Assembly: GCA_964016885.1 (NCBI GenBank)
Contig: OZ024742.1
Coordinates: 333,002,001-333,066,000, forward strand
Source: Eledone cirrhosa
Lineage: Eukaryota
Direction of reading: 5' to 3'
Length of the DNA: 64,000 nt
Shown here: positions 1-13,315 of the stretch, piece by piece
Numbering within the stretch: the first letter of the stretch is position 1
Layout of the letters: the number at the start of each line of letters is the position of its first letter
Notes under the pieces: model-generated
Told to the model about the DNA's origin: nothing
What the model saw: the letters and a program-made list of their open reading frames with translations, nothing else
The model's database searches: none
Made by a program: the position numbers and the translations under genes

Positions 1-955
<955 letters not shown>

Positions 956-1699
956 ATACATGAGTAAATGAGTGTATAATACATATAAAAGGAGAACAAA
1001 TCTAATCAAGTGATATATCATAATTAGATATAGCAAAACACAAACTCAAAAATAACGTTACACGGAAATGTTTCAACGTGTATCACCGAAATAGCAAGTA
1101 CAGTGATGCTTATGGTGTTGTTGTTTATCGTTTTGTTGGTATGTCTCTAATTCATATTTGGAAGTTGTTCCTTGTTTTTTTTTATAGTAATTTCGGTGTA
1201 ATTCTGGTATATTTATACATGCATACATACATATATACATACATATATACATACATATATACATACATACATACACATATGCATGTGTGTGTATAATGTG
1301 GTGTGTATATATGTACGTTTGCATACAAAGAAATATGGCTGTGTGTGTGTATATGTGTGCATAGAAATAAAAAAGATCAATGGACACAATGTGAAAGTTG
1401 TGAGTATTTATATTTAATCAATTTAAACGTGCGTATAGAGCTAGTAAATTATGAAAGACGACACATATCTAATAAGCGTTAGAAGAAAAAAAGGCATAGA
1501 TAGAAATCGAAAAGATAAATTAATAGGAGGCAAGCGGTGGCAAAAGACTAGAATTAAGAAAAAAATTGTGAAAATTCATGAATGTTATAAATCAACTAAA
1601 TGTTTCTGTTGTTGAATCATTTCCTAGACTCCAGGTGCTGAATATATTTGAAAATCTGATAATATAAGTAATTCATTGGTCACAATAATACTTATTTCT

Positions 1700-1972
1700 G
1701 TGGCGTTATTAAGTCCGTAATCTTGCCATCACGCGGTCATTAACACATCATCTGAAGTAATACTCATATAATGTAATAATTTTCTAATGCCATACAGGCT
1801 ATTCAAATGGGATGGACTTTTCAAGGACTAACAATGAATACAAGTCCTTCCTATTTTTAATAGCCTGTATTGCATTAGAAAAATATTACATAATATATGT
1901 ATATCCTAAGAAGCTTTCTGAAGTCATGTTAATGATTATATGATGGCAACATTACGTAGTTACTAACGCCAC
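1700..1972. mobile_element. Degenerate fold-back/MITE-like palindrome
   Basis: gtggcgtta...ttttctaatgccatacaggctatt...ggactt is mirrored by aagtcc...aatagcctgtattgcattagaaaa...taacgccac. Confidence 0.65.
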
Positions 1973-2169
1973 GTGATACATATTACAGCGAATTATGAAT
2001 TATGGTAATCTAGCCTTTGCATACTACGCATACTCCTTCATTGACAACAACATCGGAATTGGAAGGACACCTCAACGTTGAGTGTTTGAGCCAAAATGTA
2101 ATATCATCTACTGATTAAAGCTTTGCATACGCAGGCCCAGGTAGTATTATATAACACAAATATATATAT

Positions 2170-2336
2170 GAGGAAGGAAGTGTGTTAAGGAACCAGGTGG
2201 ACCATAACGCAGCAGAGTACTCGATACTTTGGGTAGTAGAGTGGGTAATAGGAAAAGAGTCAGGATCCCGACTGCTGAGTTCCGGCCGTTTCGAGGGCTA
2301 AACGGCCGGAGCTCAGCCGTCGGGGATCCCTCCTCT

Positions 2337-2341
<5 letters not shown>
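2170..2341. mobile_element. Short hairpin PLE-end insertion (family H; 3' half of an HHR)
   Basis: Homologous to 29811-30007 and 13183-13260; arms ggatcccgactgctgagttccggccgttt / aaacggccggagctcagccgtcggggatcc; right end abuts (TA)n. Confidence 0.7.
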
Positions 2342-2381
<40 letters not shown>

Positions 2382-2575
2382 TATGCATATCTATATATAT
2401 ATGACTGCTGCTATTTATAGTGGTATTAGACTGACCTCCCTGCCTCTGCTTCTATCTTTACACACGGCACTGGACATAATTGCTTCCACAATATTCATTC
2501 TCATCTCGGGAACAATTTTGAATAGCGCCAGTTCGTAATTTGAACTCGAGAATTGTATATTCTCCGAGTGAAAAG

Positions 2576-2657
2576 AACCTTCTGACGAGAGTTTATCTTT
2601 TCTATAGAAGGCCGCAATGACTGTACATTTATTTTGGAGACTCGAAATCGATTCGGT
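2576..2657 (+). ncRNA. Type I hammerhead ribozyme motif, long helix II
   Basis: CTGACGA-gagt...actc-GAAA-tcgatt (palindromic helix III); helix I weak. Confidence 0.6.
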
Positions 2658-2732
2658 AAAGGTAACCATAGTGAGTACAGTTAATCTTTTAAAATTAAAT
2701 TTGAAACTTTTTCTTATTTGCTAAACCTGGAT

Positions 2733-2804
<72 letters not shown>

Positions 2805-2847
2805 AAAAGGGTCAGATTTTGGAAACTCTGCTTCGTAGAATCGAGAC

Positions 2848-2936
2848 GTATCTGAGGACCTTGCGATTTCAGAGTCAGGTTCGATCATTAGATCGATCGT
2901 GCCTCGAGCTGGTCGCGAGAGAAACGATTGTAATAT
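2848..2936 (+). ncRNA. Type I hammerhead ribozyme motif (family I)
   Basis: gtat-CTGAGGA-ccttgcgatt...ggtcgcgaga-GAAA-cgattgta-atat, in a 180-bp island between TA tracts; related to 58778-58865. Confidence 0.65.
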
Positions 2937-3000
2937 CTCTAATAAATGTTTTCGTCGCAACACTTATTCTCCGTTTCTTATGTAATATATATATATATAT

Positions 3001-4162
3001 GCAAAGTTTTATTTAAAATTGTTGGGTTACAACAAGCAAATATTTTATAACTGATATAAAGCACTCGACAAGTTTTTAGGGTAGATATACGATATTAAAC
3101 AAATGGAAACTATATTTATAAAACCATATTTATTTCATTATACATATTTCAGGGATACCATATTAAAAATATGGCATGCCTTCGTCAGATAAAATACAAT
3201 ATATAAACAGTTTTATAAATAATTTTGACGTACCCTATTATAAGCGAAGGTTTTAACTCAGATTTTGGTATATTGACCTCAGAGTTTTAAACTAAACATA
3301 TGGTCATTATTGAACAATGTTATTTTCTCATATTATATATCTATGTCTCATTCATGAATATTGATTTTTGCATTTTTATTATCCATTTCATATGAATTGA
3401 TATTTCCACTTGATATGACATGACGTAAAGCTGTAAAATTATCCTTCTCTCTATATATAGTACTTCCTCTCTCTTGAGTTTCTCTATATGTATGGTGAAT
3501 TATTATCTCTCTGTTGCTTTCGTTTGCCTCTCTTATTTCTTTCTTGTTTCTTTTTCACTTCCTCCTATCTATTTATATTTTCTCTCTCTCCTTCTTTTCC
3601 TCTCCCCTCTCTCTCTCTCCGTTTTCTCTTTACCTCCGTTTTTTCTTTCTCTCCGTCTTTTTCATAACTGTGCTTAACACTATAACTAAATAATTATTAT
3701 CCTTCTCTCTCTATATAGTACTTCCTCTCTCTTGAGTTTCTCTACCTGTATGATGAATTATTATCTCTCTGTTGCTTTCATTTGCCTCTCTTATTTCTTT
3801 CTTGTTTCTTTTTCACTTCCTCCTATCTATTTATATATATCTTTCTTTTTTCTCTCTCTCCTTCTTTTTCTCTCCCATCTCTCTCTCCGTTTTTTCGTTA
3901 TCTCCGTTTTTTTCTTTCTCTCTGTCTTTTTTTCTAACTGTGCTTAACACTATAACTAAATAATTATAAACAAATCACTATCCAGACAGCTTCCAAATAT
4001 AATGGTCGCTTATAATAGGGTACGTAAAAATTATTTATAAAACTGTTTATATATTGTATTTTATCTGACGAAGGCATGCCATATTTTTAATATGTTATCC
4101 CTGAAATATGTATAATGAAATAAATATGGTTTTATAAATATAGTTTCCATTTGTTTAATATC

Positions 4163-4166
<4 letters not shown>
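3001..4166 (+). mobile_element. PLE pseudo-LTR insertion with 5' inversion (family A)
   Basis: Inverted arms about 3087-3247 / 4006-4166; extra tail 3001-3086; internal CT-rich tandem duplication about 3437-3694 / 3695-3965; TA on both sides. Confidence 0.85.
4057..4122 (+). ncRNA. Type I hammerhead ribozyme (inverted copy at 3131-3196)
   Basis: tattttat-CTGACGA-aggcatgccatatt...aatatgttatccct-GAAA-tatgtata-atgaaata. Confidence 0.8.
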
Positions 4167-4248
<82 letters not shown>

Positions 4249-4254
<6 letters not shown>

Positions 4255-4445
4255 ATGAAATCGAAAATGCAACTGGAGCGTTTTTTTTTTTTAAATATAT
4301 ATATTCATTTTAAAAATATATATATTTAGAAAAAAAAATAAGACTCCAGTTGCATTTTCGATTTCATCTTTTTTTCTTTATACTTTCCCTCGTGTAGGAC
4401 ACCTCGGTTATTTTTCATTTTGTAAAAAAAAACCTCACTTTCTAA
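4249..4445. mobile_element. Short palindromic PLE-end insertion (family C)
   Basis: Arms aaagatgaaatcgaaaatgcaactggag / ctccagttgcattttcgatttcatcttt plus tail; homologous to 38311-38671. Confidence 0.75.
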
Positions 4446-4470
4446 TATATATATATATTTTTTTTTTTTT

Positions 4471-4954
4471 TCCTTAGTATATGTTGGTTGTATACCAACA
4501 GCTCAGTATGCAGACTGAAGCACTCGACGAAGTGCGCAGGTTGGTTTGGTTACTCCGGAGTAATGTAAAATAAAATAAAATAAATATGTCAAATGTTTAA
4601 AATGTGGCTTCGTTTATTACTGCTATATATATTTCGGTGACAGCCATCTTTGACTGTGACCTCTTCAGACAGTCCGAATTAGTGTGGTAGACAGATATAT
4701 GATTCCATTTCCATGTGGTAGACAGATATATGATTCCATTTCCTCAGTGAAATAACAACCCAACCAGGAACTGGGAATATCAGAGTACTGACAAACCTAT
4801 ACACCTCAACAACATGTGTACTCATCTCTACCACACTAATTCGGACTGCCTGAAGAGGTCACAGCCAAAGATGGCTGTCACCGAAATATATATAGCAGTA
4901 ATTAACGAAGCCAAATTTTAAACATTTAACTTTTTATTTTATTTTATTTTATTT

Positions 4955-4955
<1 letters not shown>
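4471..4955 (+). mobile_element. PLE pseudo-LTR insertion with 5' inversion (family D)
   Basis: Inverted arms about 4566-4690 / 4828-4955; tail 4471-4565; 30-bp tandem duplication near the junction. Confidence 0.85.
4845..4899 (+). ncRNA. Type I hammerhead ribozyme (inverted copy about 4619-4673)
   Basis: actgc-CTGAAGA-ggtcacagcca aaga tggctgtcacc-GAAA-tatatata-gcagt; helices I and II pair and helix III is palindromic. Confidence 0.9.
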
Positions 4956-5021
<66 letters not shown>

Positions 5022-5059
5022 AGAAAGATTTGAATGGATACAGTTTAGTTGAAAGGAAT

Positions 5060-5176
5060 TTATTGACACGTGTTTCTATAACAGTTACATAACCTAAAAC
5101 AGCTATCTACAAACTTTTAGTTATGCAGACATTCAATATTTCAATGTTATTGTTTACTGTCATTTCATCAGAATAA
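5060..5176 (-). ncRNA. Type I hammerhead ribozyme with 88-nt helix II region (family E)
   Basis: Minus strand ttatt-CTGATGA-aatgacagt...actgttata-GAAA-cacgtgtc-aataa; GUC cleavage triplet. Confidence 0.8.
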
Positions 5177-5508
5177 TATTACTGAGGACCTATTTAGTTT
5201 TTATAGAGAATATTAGGAGGAAGGGGTGAATATATATATATATATATATACATACTTTAAAGGGTATATACATATGAACTAGAAAAGGCCATGGAAATAT
5301 ATATATATATATGGTTTTGGCAACCAATCACAGTGTTGCTCAATGACGAATTAATTAAATAAAGAGCTGTATCATTTATCTACTATTTCTTCTTAGCTAT
5401 ATTTTAAACATATAGCCTCGTTTAAATGATTTTTTGTGCGGTTAATTTATGCTGATTGGGAGAAGAAATACTGTATATATTTTATGTAATGATTCTATGG
5501 ACTTACTT

Positions 5509-5547
<39 letters not shown>

Positions 5548-6000
5548 ATGTGTGTGTGTGTTTGCTGCTGTTGTTACGGCATACCCGTTCATATTTCTCT
5601 TATTGCAACGGTGGTAAATAGCATATGTAAGTTATTTTTATACCTTTCTTTAAAGAAACAATGTAGAGTGGTCATGTTTCTCGATATCTCATATTATCTA
5701 TTAGCCGTTACTTTGGCAAGGAAACAGAAAATTCCCAAAATAGGAAGAATCTGAATTCCCCATAGCAAGAAAAAGAACCAAACACACCCTTTATTTAACT
5801 TTAATAACTATGTAAAACTGAATAGTACGAGCAATATGCTAATATATAAATAACATTATAATATAAAATACATGAAATAATTATCACTATGGGTTGTAAG
5901 CACAATCACACACACAAATAATCACACACAAGCACAAACACATATGCAAAAATACATAGTTATATTAGGTTGACGCATATATATATGTATATATATATAT

Positions 6001-7075
6001 TTAGGTTTGGAGGTTCACCACTGGATAGAGCTGGTCATTCCATATTGTCAATCTTGATGTAATAATATGGAGAGTACTCAACGTAAAGCAGCTCAACCGT
6101 CTTCGTTTGTGTAGTTGGTGGTGCGAGTACGGAGTTAAAGATTATAATAAAATAACAGGAGGCTGGGCTCGTGTAAATCCTTGAAAGTTTTATTATGCTA
6201 TTATCATTTCAATAACCGAGTTCCATATGAATCCGGTGATATCATCAGGTATTCGAAATATAATAGATGAATGTAACTGATAAAATCTATGGGGCTGAAA
6301 ATCATAGACCCGAGGACGACCGACCATCTAGCATCTTCCACTTTAGCTGGTCGCCCTCAAGTGCTGGCTATTCGGTCTACTTAAGGCTATCTGGTGAGGG
6401 GGCGAAAGCTTATAATGTGCTACTAACCTCCCGGTCAAAGACAAAAAAAGAGAGAAAGAAAGAAGAAAAGTAAGCGTTTATGTCATGCTATAATAAGGCT
6501 AGGAATTGCCATGACATATGTTATTCTAAATAACCTATATCTTAACAGAGGTATATATTATAACATAGGTATATATAGTGGGCGTCTGCATACTATAATG
6601 TGTGCACAGAAAATAGGAACGTTAAATTTTTGTTTAGATGAAATTTAAAAAAAAAAAATTAAAGATTAAAATTATAAAATAAAAAAAAATTGAAAATTAA
6701 AAATTAAACAGCTTAAAAAAGAATTTATGGTTTGTGTTGCGAGATTTAGTTAAAGGATTTATAGAGAGAGTCTTTTATGAAAAATTGTTAAGTGTATTAT
6801 AGAGATCCTCGATAAGTCTTCAGCCCCTCACCAGATAGCCTTAAGTAGACCGAATAGCCAGCACTTGAGGGCCACTGGCTAAAGTGGAAGATGCTTGATG
6901 GTCGGTCGTCCTCGGGTCTGTGATTTTCAGCGCCATGGATTTTATCTGTTACATTCATTTATTATATTTCGAATACCTGATGATATCACCGGATTCATAC
7001 GGAACCGGTCATTGAAATAATCATAGTATAATAAACCTTTCAAGGATTTACACAAGTCCAGCCTCCTGTTATTTT

Positions 7076-7083
<8 letters not shown>
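6001..7083 (+). mobile_element. PLE pseudo-LTR insertion with 5' inversion (family F)
   Basis: Diverged inverted arms about 6141-6412 / 6812-7083; tail 6001-6140; homologous to 22563-23160. Confidence 0.85.
6973..7029 (+). ncRNA. Type I hammerhead ribozyme
   Basis: atac-CTGATGA-tatcaccgg...ccggtcatt-GAAA-taatcata-gtat. Confidence 0.75.
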
Positions 7084-7698
<615 letters not shown>

Positions 7699-7729
7699 TT
7701 CGTGCTCGTATTCCTGAGAGTGTCGTGTG

Positions 7730-8330
7730 AGCAGAATCCTCAAACACTCTTTCCATGGGTCCTGTCAGAAACAACGGTCGCCAACTGAAACGGTTGGATC
7801 CCAAAGCGTGACCAGTCAAGCTCATGGATGTTATCCAATCATCTTGCTCAAAGTCTACACACTGAGTCTCCTGCCATTTGGTTTCGCCCAGAAAATCTAT
7901 CCACCGATTCTTTGCTGAAATATTCTAACCACATGCCCACAGTATCGGAGAATTAGCGGCACTATCTGGTGTGACTCTTTGATCTACGAACTACAAACTC
8001 TATCGAGTATCATTACTCCAAAGACCATTCGGAGGAACCCCATTTCGCCCGCTGGTACGTGCGATCGTAGTTTTATGGTCATTACCCAAGAGTCATGACC
8101 ATGGCTAAGCGTTGGTAAGAACACCGAATTGTAGATAGCGAGTTTAGACTTTACGTCTACCACCCTTCTGAAAACTGAATGCTGAAGCTGGCGGATTATT
8201 GCACCAGCTCCTTCAATTGCACTTAATTCAGCCTCTTGCCTCCCATCACACGTGACCACCATGGCCCCGCTATACATTAACCTAACAACCAGCTTCAGTG
8301 GAACTCCATTCACATGCGGAGTGCAAGTTG
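7730..8330 (-). pseudogene. RTE-clade LINE, degenerate ORF C-terminus
   Basis: KSKLAIYNSVFLPTLSHGHDSWVMT...AGEMGFLR...DRVCSS resembles the RTE (Rex3/Expander-like) C-terminal region. Confidence 0.8.
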
Positions 8331-8395
8331 GAGATCTCCTGTCGAATTAAGAGGAAACATTCTTCGAAAATCTTTATCGTAGAAAATAAGATTAT

Positions 8396-8492
<97 letters not shown>

Positions 8493-8599
8493 GTTGAATT
8501 TACTCGCGAACAGAAACGTCCTTCATTTTGAGGATTATCATTTTAATATCATGAAATCCCTATTTGATAATAGGATGCGGTGATGAAGGTTTCAGATTA

Positions 8600-10760
8600 T
8601 GGGGCAGTAATGAATTGGAAAACATGGAGATATCTGAATGATCAAAAGAAACAGAAATGTCGACGAAGTTGAAATAAGTAGTGGAAATATTAGCAATTGC
8701 CATAATCTCTTAAACAATTCATGAACAATTTCAAGACCCACAAGAGTGGACCAATTATGAAAATCAGCCTATCGTATCAATCCTGAAAGTATTCATTGTA
8801 TAAATTCTGGCTCCTACACTAACAATCTCTCTGATTCATATCAACAGTTCGGATGAGGGCAGGGAACGACTTCACCCACTGGGACCTAGAATGCGCAAAA
8901 AATAAGAATGTATTTAGCCTTGGCGCGATATCCATCTACACCTCCGTATCAGCACCCTCCGCTGTAGATACTTAGAGAGAATATGTCTGATCCACAAATC
9001 TACAGCCACACTTATACCGAGATTCACCAGCTCAATTCCTTTGCCAACAACGATTTCTTTTTAATCTGTAGTAAGACGGCTTACGCCCCCCCCCCCTTGT
9101 CGGATAATGGACCAGGCCTAGTTGTCTCCCCTTGGTTGAGAACACTATTTAAGTAAGCAGCAGTATTACTTTCTCAGACAAGCCACGGAGACAGCAAACA
9201 GCAGACGGCCTTTGTACCACGAAACAGCAGACAGTCTCTGGACCACGAGATCACACAGATGTCAATACACTGAACTCCTATGCCGAAGCCACAAGGATAG
9301 TGTTGGCCGAGCACTGGCTCATAACTGATTTCACTTTACTGGTCTCGACACATTGGTGACCCAGACGTGGGCGTTACATTGGTGACCCACGACAATTGTA
9401 ATACGTTGCCTTCATTTCAACTGATCACGTCTATATTGGTATGTTGTTTCATTTGTAATATAACAAACACATAATAGACAAAATAAACATCATCCTTATT
9501 TACATTGTTGAATAGAACTCTGGTTGTGGTTATTATCTTGTCTACACACACACCCATTCACTTGTTATAATTCTATGGAGTACCTATCATCTCACTTACG
9601 AAAATGGTAAATAGACGAGGGACTTTCCCTCACGTCTATATTGATAAACTATCCAACAAGGATTCTTCATTACCATAACTCCATCAGCCACAACAACCGA
9701 ATTCGGGACTACCCTGTGTTCCAGCCATTTGGGTATACTGACCGACCCATGCAGAGACAATCTGTAACGCAGAGCATTTACCATTAAAATATCTGCGTCT
9801 TTTTCACGAGATATTAGGACAACATCAGATTTTCAAATCTTCCTACGAGATAGCTAACAGGATATTCGAGGCGTTCAACAACACGTAGAAACATATGATA
9901 TTCTAAATAAAACATCTGTAAGATATCGGTTCCCTCATCCTTCTCGTCTTCTGATTCACCCACATGGGGACGGCGAGGTCAACCCTGACTTCTACCGCAA
10001 AGTGGTCTGCAAAGACCTATTCGTCCAATATAAATCTACCCTTACAATTGTGCCAAAAGAGAATACATCGAAAACGAATTAGACTGCATACAAGACAGAT
10101 GCAGTGATGCCATAAATAGATTCACCCACACAAAGTAGTTCCGCAATATGTTGGGAACCAACGATTATCCAACATCTTTACCTAACAATCTCCAGGACCA
10201 CAAGTCCATAAAAAGGAACAGCTTAACTATTATTATTTATTTGCTTTTGCATTTATTTCTATTATTATTTCCACACCTCAGTGTTATCTTTAGGACAAAT
10301 ATTCCTTAGTTTTAAATATTCAACTGGTACACTCGGGACTCCCTGCAGAGATCCCTAACCAGTAAACAAGCCTACAACGAGAAGAGCACGTGCTCTCCGA
10401 GCAGCTGTCCCATCAGCAGTAGAGAGTGATGCCTGCGTGTGTACATTACGATATGTGCAACAAAGCGTGCATGGGCAACACGATTCAACCCATTCACGTT
10501 CAGACTAAAAGAATATGTAACCACAAATATTTCACCATTCCGGAATACATCTTTAACTATAGGAACAAGAACAAGAGATTCACCACCAATATAATGGCCA
10601 TACAACGAAATATAGGCATCCTGCAGATCACGGAATCAGTATCAACAAAACAACTAGACCTGTTCACCTGAAACAGAGGGCAGTCCAATGCCTGATTTGA
10701 TCCAGGAGATTAAACATGAAAATATAAATATAATAAACCAATAAAACAAACAATCAAACA
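8600..10760 (+). pseudogene. Highly decayed Penelope-like element (RT + GIY-YIG remnants)
   Basis: Remnant translations FSLGAISIYTSV (about 8910, motif A-like), FYRKVVCKDLFVQYKSTL (about 9990, thumb) and Cys-rich CSPSSCPIS (about 10390); many stops and frameshifts. Confidence 0.6.
9067..9393 (+). mobile_element. Gypsy-like LTR followed by a duplicated tRNA-Trp-type primer binding site
   Basis: Begins TGTAG and ends ...CA followed by tTGGTGACCCAGACGTG (9354) and again ...ttaCA-tTGGTGACCC (9380); TGGTGACCCCGACGT is the complement of the tRNA-Trp 3' end. Confidence 0.6.
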
Positions 10761-11552
10761 ATCAATATAGCCAGCCAATCCCTAATCTGGGACGCTATGT
10801 GATGCGTTATATTCGATGCCTCCAGCCTTGTTGCTTCGGCAGCAAACCCGGGCACCGACAGTCGCCCGCATCGCAGACGAGATGAACATTATTAAATACT
10901 GCAGCTTGACGGACCACTTCCTTTTTGTACTGATAGCTGTCAAAATTTCACGTGTCCACGGTTTTCCCACTGCTGATTTCCTTTGTAAAATCAGAAAGAC
11001 AACAGTGCGAGTGAGGAAGGATCTCCGTGAGGTGGAGTGGTGATTGCAGAATGAGACGCTGTCCATTCTCCGCCACAATACATTTGAAGTTTTACCTGTC
11101 TTGTGCCACTGAAATACCTTATTGCAATATGTATTGTATAGATTCTTCACTACTGGATATGTTTTATTGCAATTAATCACATTTTATTTTATTTTATATA
11201 ACACATAAACAAACAAACAATGCACTAAAATTACGACCCCCAACAAAGAACGGTCAGCCGAAGGCCGCTAGAACTAATTGGCAACTAGCTGCTAAGATCT
11301 ATCCGGTTACTACTATCTGCATCTGGACATTTATTAGAATATCTAATTTACCAGCTTCGGTACCTTTAGCTCAACAAAAACAGGCTTTGCTTCATACTCC
11401 TTACTGACACCAAACACCGCAAGTTAAATAGATCCATCATAACTTCAAACAGAAGTCAAAAATATTCTCCAAGCTATTCTCTGAGGTTCCCAATAATATC
11501 ATTGAAAATGGATATTTATCCGAAATATATTAAATTAATTGTTTCTCATTTT

Positions 11553-11726
11553 TGGCACAAGGCCAGCAATTAAACAGTAGATTACTGGTATTTTATTGTA
11601 TCGACCTCGTAAGGATGAAAGGCAAATTAACCTGGGCGGGATTTGAACTCAGAATGGCAAGGGCCGTAACTCTATACGTCAAAGCATGGCGTCCGACCCT
11701 CTACCGATACTGCCAATTCACCGCCC
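11553..11726 (-). mobile_element. tRNA-derived SINE (Octopus-type)
   Basis: Minus strand ggcggtgaattggcagtatcggtag...gagttcaaatccc (B box)...ttgcctttcatcct...gtcgat; near-identical to 58303-58495. Confidence 0.85.
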
Positions 11727-11961
11727 TTATATATTAAATTAATAAATACTACCAAGGTAACATAATCTCTGGTTTTATTTTCTTCTTAATTTTTCCCCTT
11801 CTACATTGGATTTAATCTTAATTCAATCCTTCTTGATCTGATTTTGTTAGCTCAAATGTTGCAACACAGCCTGCATTGTGGGAGCCTTCGAAATATACCC
11901 ACGCATATACATAAATACATACAAACATATATACATATATACATATATATATATGTATATG

Positions 11962-12048
<87 letters not shown>

Positions 12049-12060
12049 ATACATATATAT

Positions 12061-13105
12061 AAAAATGGCAAAAATGAAAAGAAATTTCATTTCTCACTCT
12101 TAATACGGCTGTTACTTAAATATAAGTATGTATACGTAAATACATATATGTATACAGACGTACAGTAGTATATATATATATATATATATACATACATGCA
12201 CATGTATATATTTGTACGTATGGATTTACCGAACATTTATTATAATGCTCGGTTTGTTTGTACTAAGAGTGAGAAATGAAATTTCGTTTCATTTTCTCCA
12301 TTTATCGTTTTCGGTTCACCCGGCCGCTTAACTCACTCGATATGCAAATTAGGCTACTCAGGCGTTAATATGCATAAGGAAAGTATATACTTTCAGACGT
12401 TCAATCATCTGGCAGGAAGGTATAGGGTGCTGACGATAGCTAATAAGCTTGAAACTAGTACATCGTTCCTTTGCCAGTGTTGAACAAAAGGGCAACGATG
12501 GTTGCTAAACACTGTACGGCTTAATTCGGGATGTTTGTTTAGAAACAAACCGAGCTTTATAATAAATGTTCAGTAAATCCATACGTACTTATATATATAT
12601 GTGTGCATGTATGTATATATATATACATACTACTGTACGTATGTATACATATATGAATGCACGTATACATACTTATATTTTAGTAACAGCCGTACTAAGA
12701 GTGAGAAATGAAATTTCGTTTCATTTTTTCCTTTTAGCGTTTTCGGTGCGCCCGGTCGATTAACTCACTCGATATGCAAATTAGGCTGCTCAGCCGTTAA
12801 TATGCATAAGGAAAGTATATACTTTCAGACGTTCAATCATCTGGCAGGAAGGTATACGTTGCTGACGATAGCTAATAAGCTTGAAACTAGTACATCGTTC
12901 CTTTGCCAGTGTTGAACAAAAGGCAACGATGGTTGCTAAACACTCTACGACTTAATTCGGGATGTTTGTTTACAAACAAACCGAGCATTATAATAAATGT
13001 TCGGTAAATCCATACGTACACATATATATGTGTGCATGTATGTATATATATACATAGTACTGTACGTCTGTATACATATATGTATGTACGTATACATACT
13101 CATAT
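12061..13105 (+). mobile_element. Retrozyme-like element: about 2 x 432-bp tandem monomers with 5' inversion (family G)
   Basis: gtactaagagtgagaaatgaaatttcg at 12260 and 12692; 12061-12260 is an inverted copy of the region around 12535-12730. Confidence 0.85.
12426..12464 (+). ncRNA. Minimal type I hammerhead ribozyme (second copy 12858-12896)
   Basis: ggtg-CTGACGA-t-agct aata agct-t-GAAA-ctagta-catc. Confidence 0.85.
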
Positions 13106-13120
13106 ACATATATATATGTA

Positions 13121-13182
<62 letters not shown>

Positions 13183-13184
<2 letters not shown>

Positions 13185-13256
13185 AACTCTACTACCCTAA
13201 GTATTGAGTACTATGGTGCGTTATGGTCCATCTGGTTCCGTACCACATTTCCTTCG

Positions 13257-13260
<4 letters not shown>
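13183..13260 (+). mobile_element. Isolated tail fragment of family H in (TA)n
   Basis: Reverse complement of 29811-29885 and 2170-2243. Confidence 0.7.
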
Positions 13261-13315
<55 letters not shown>

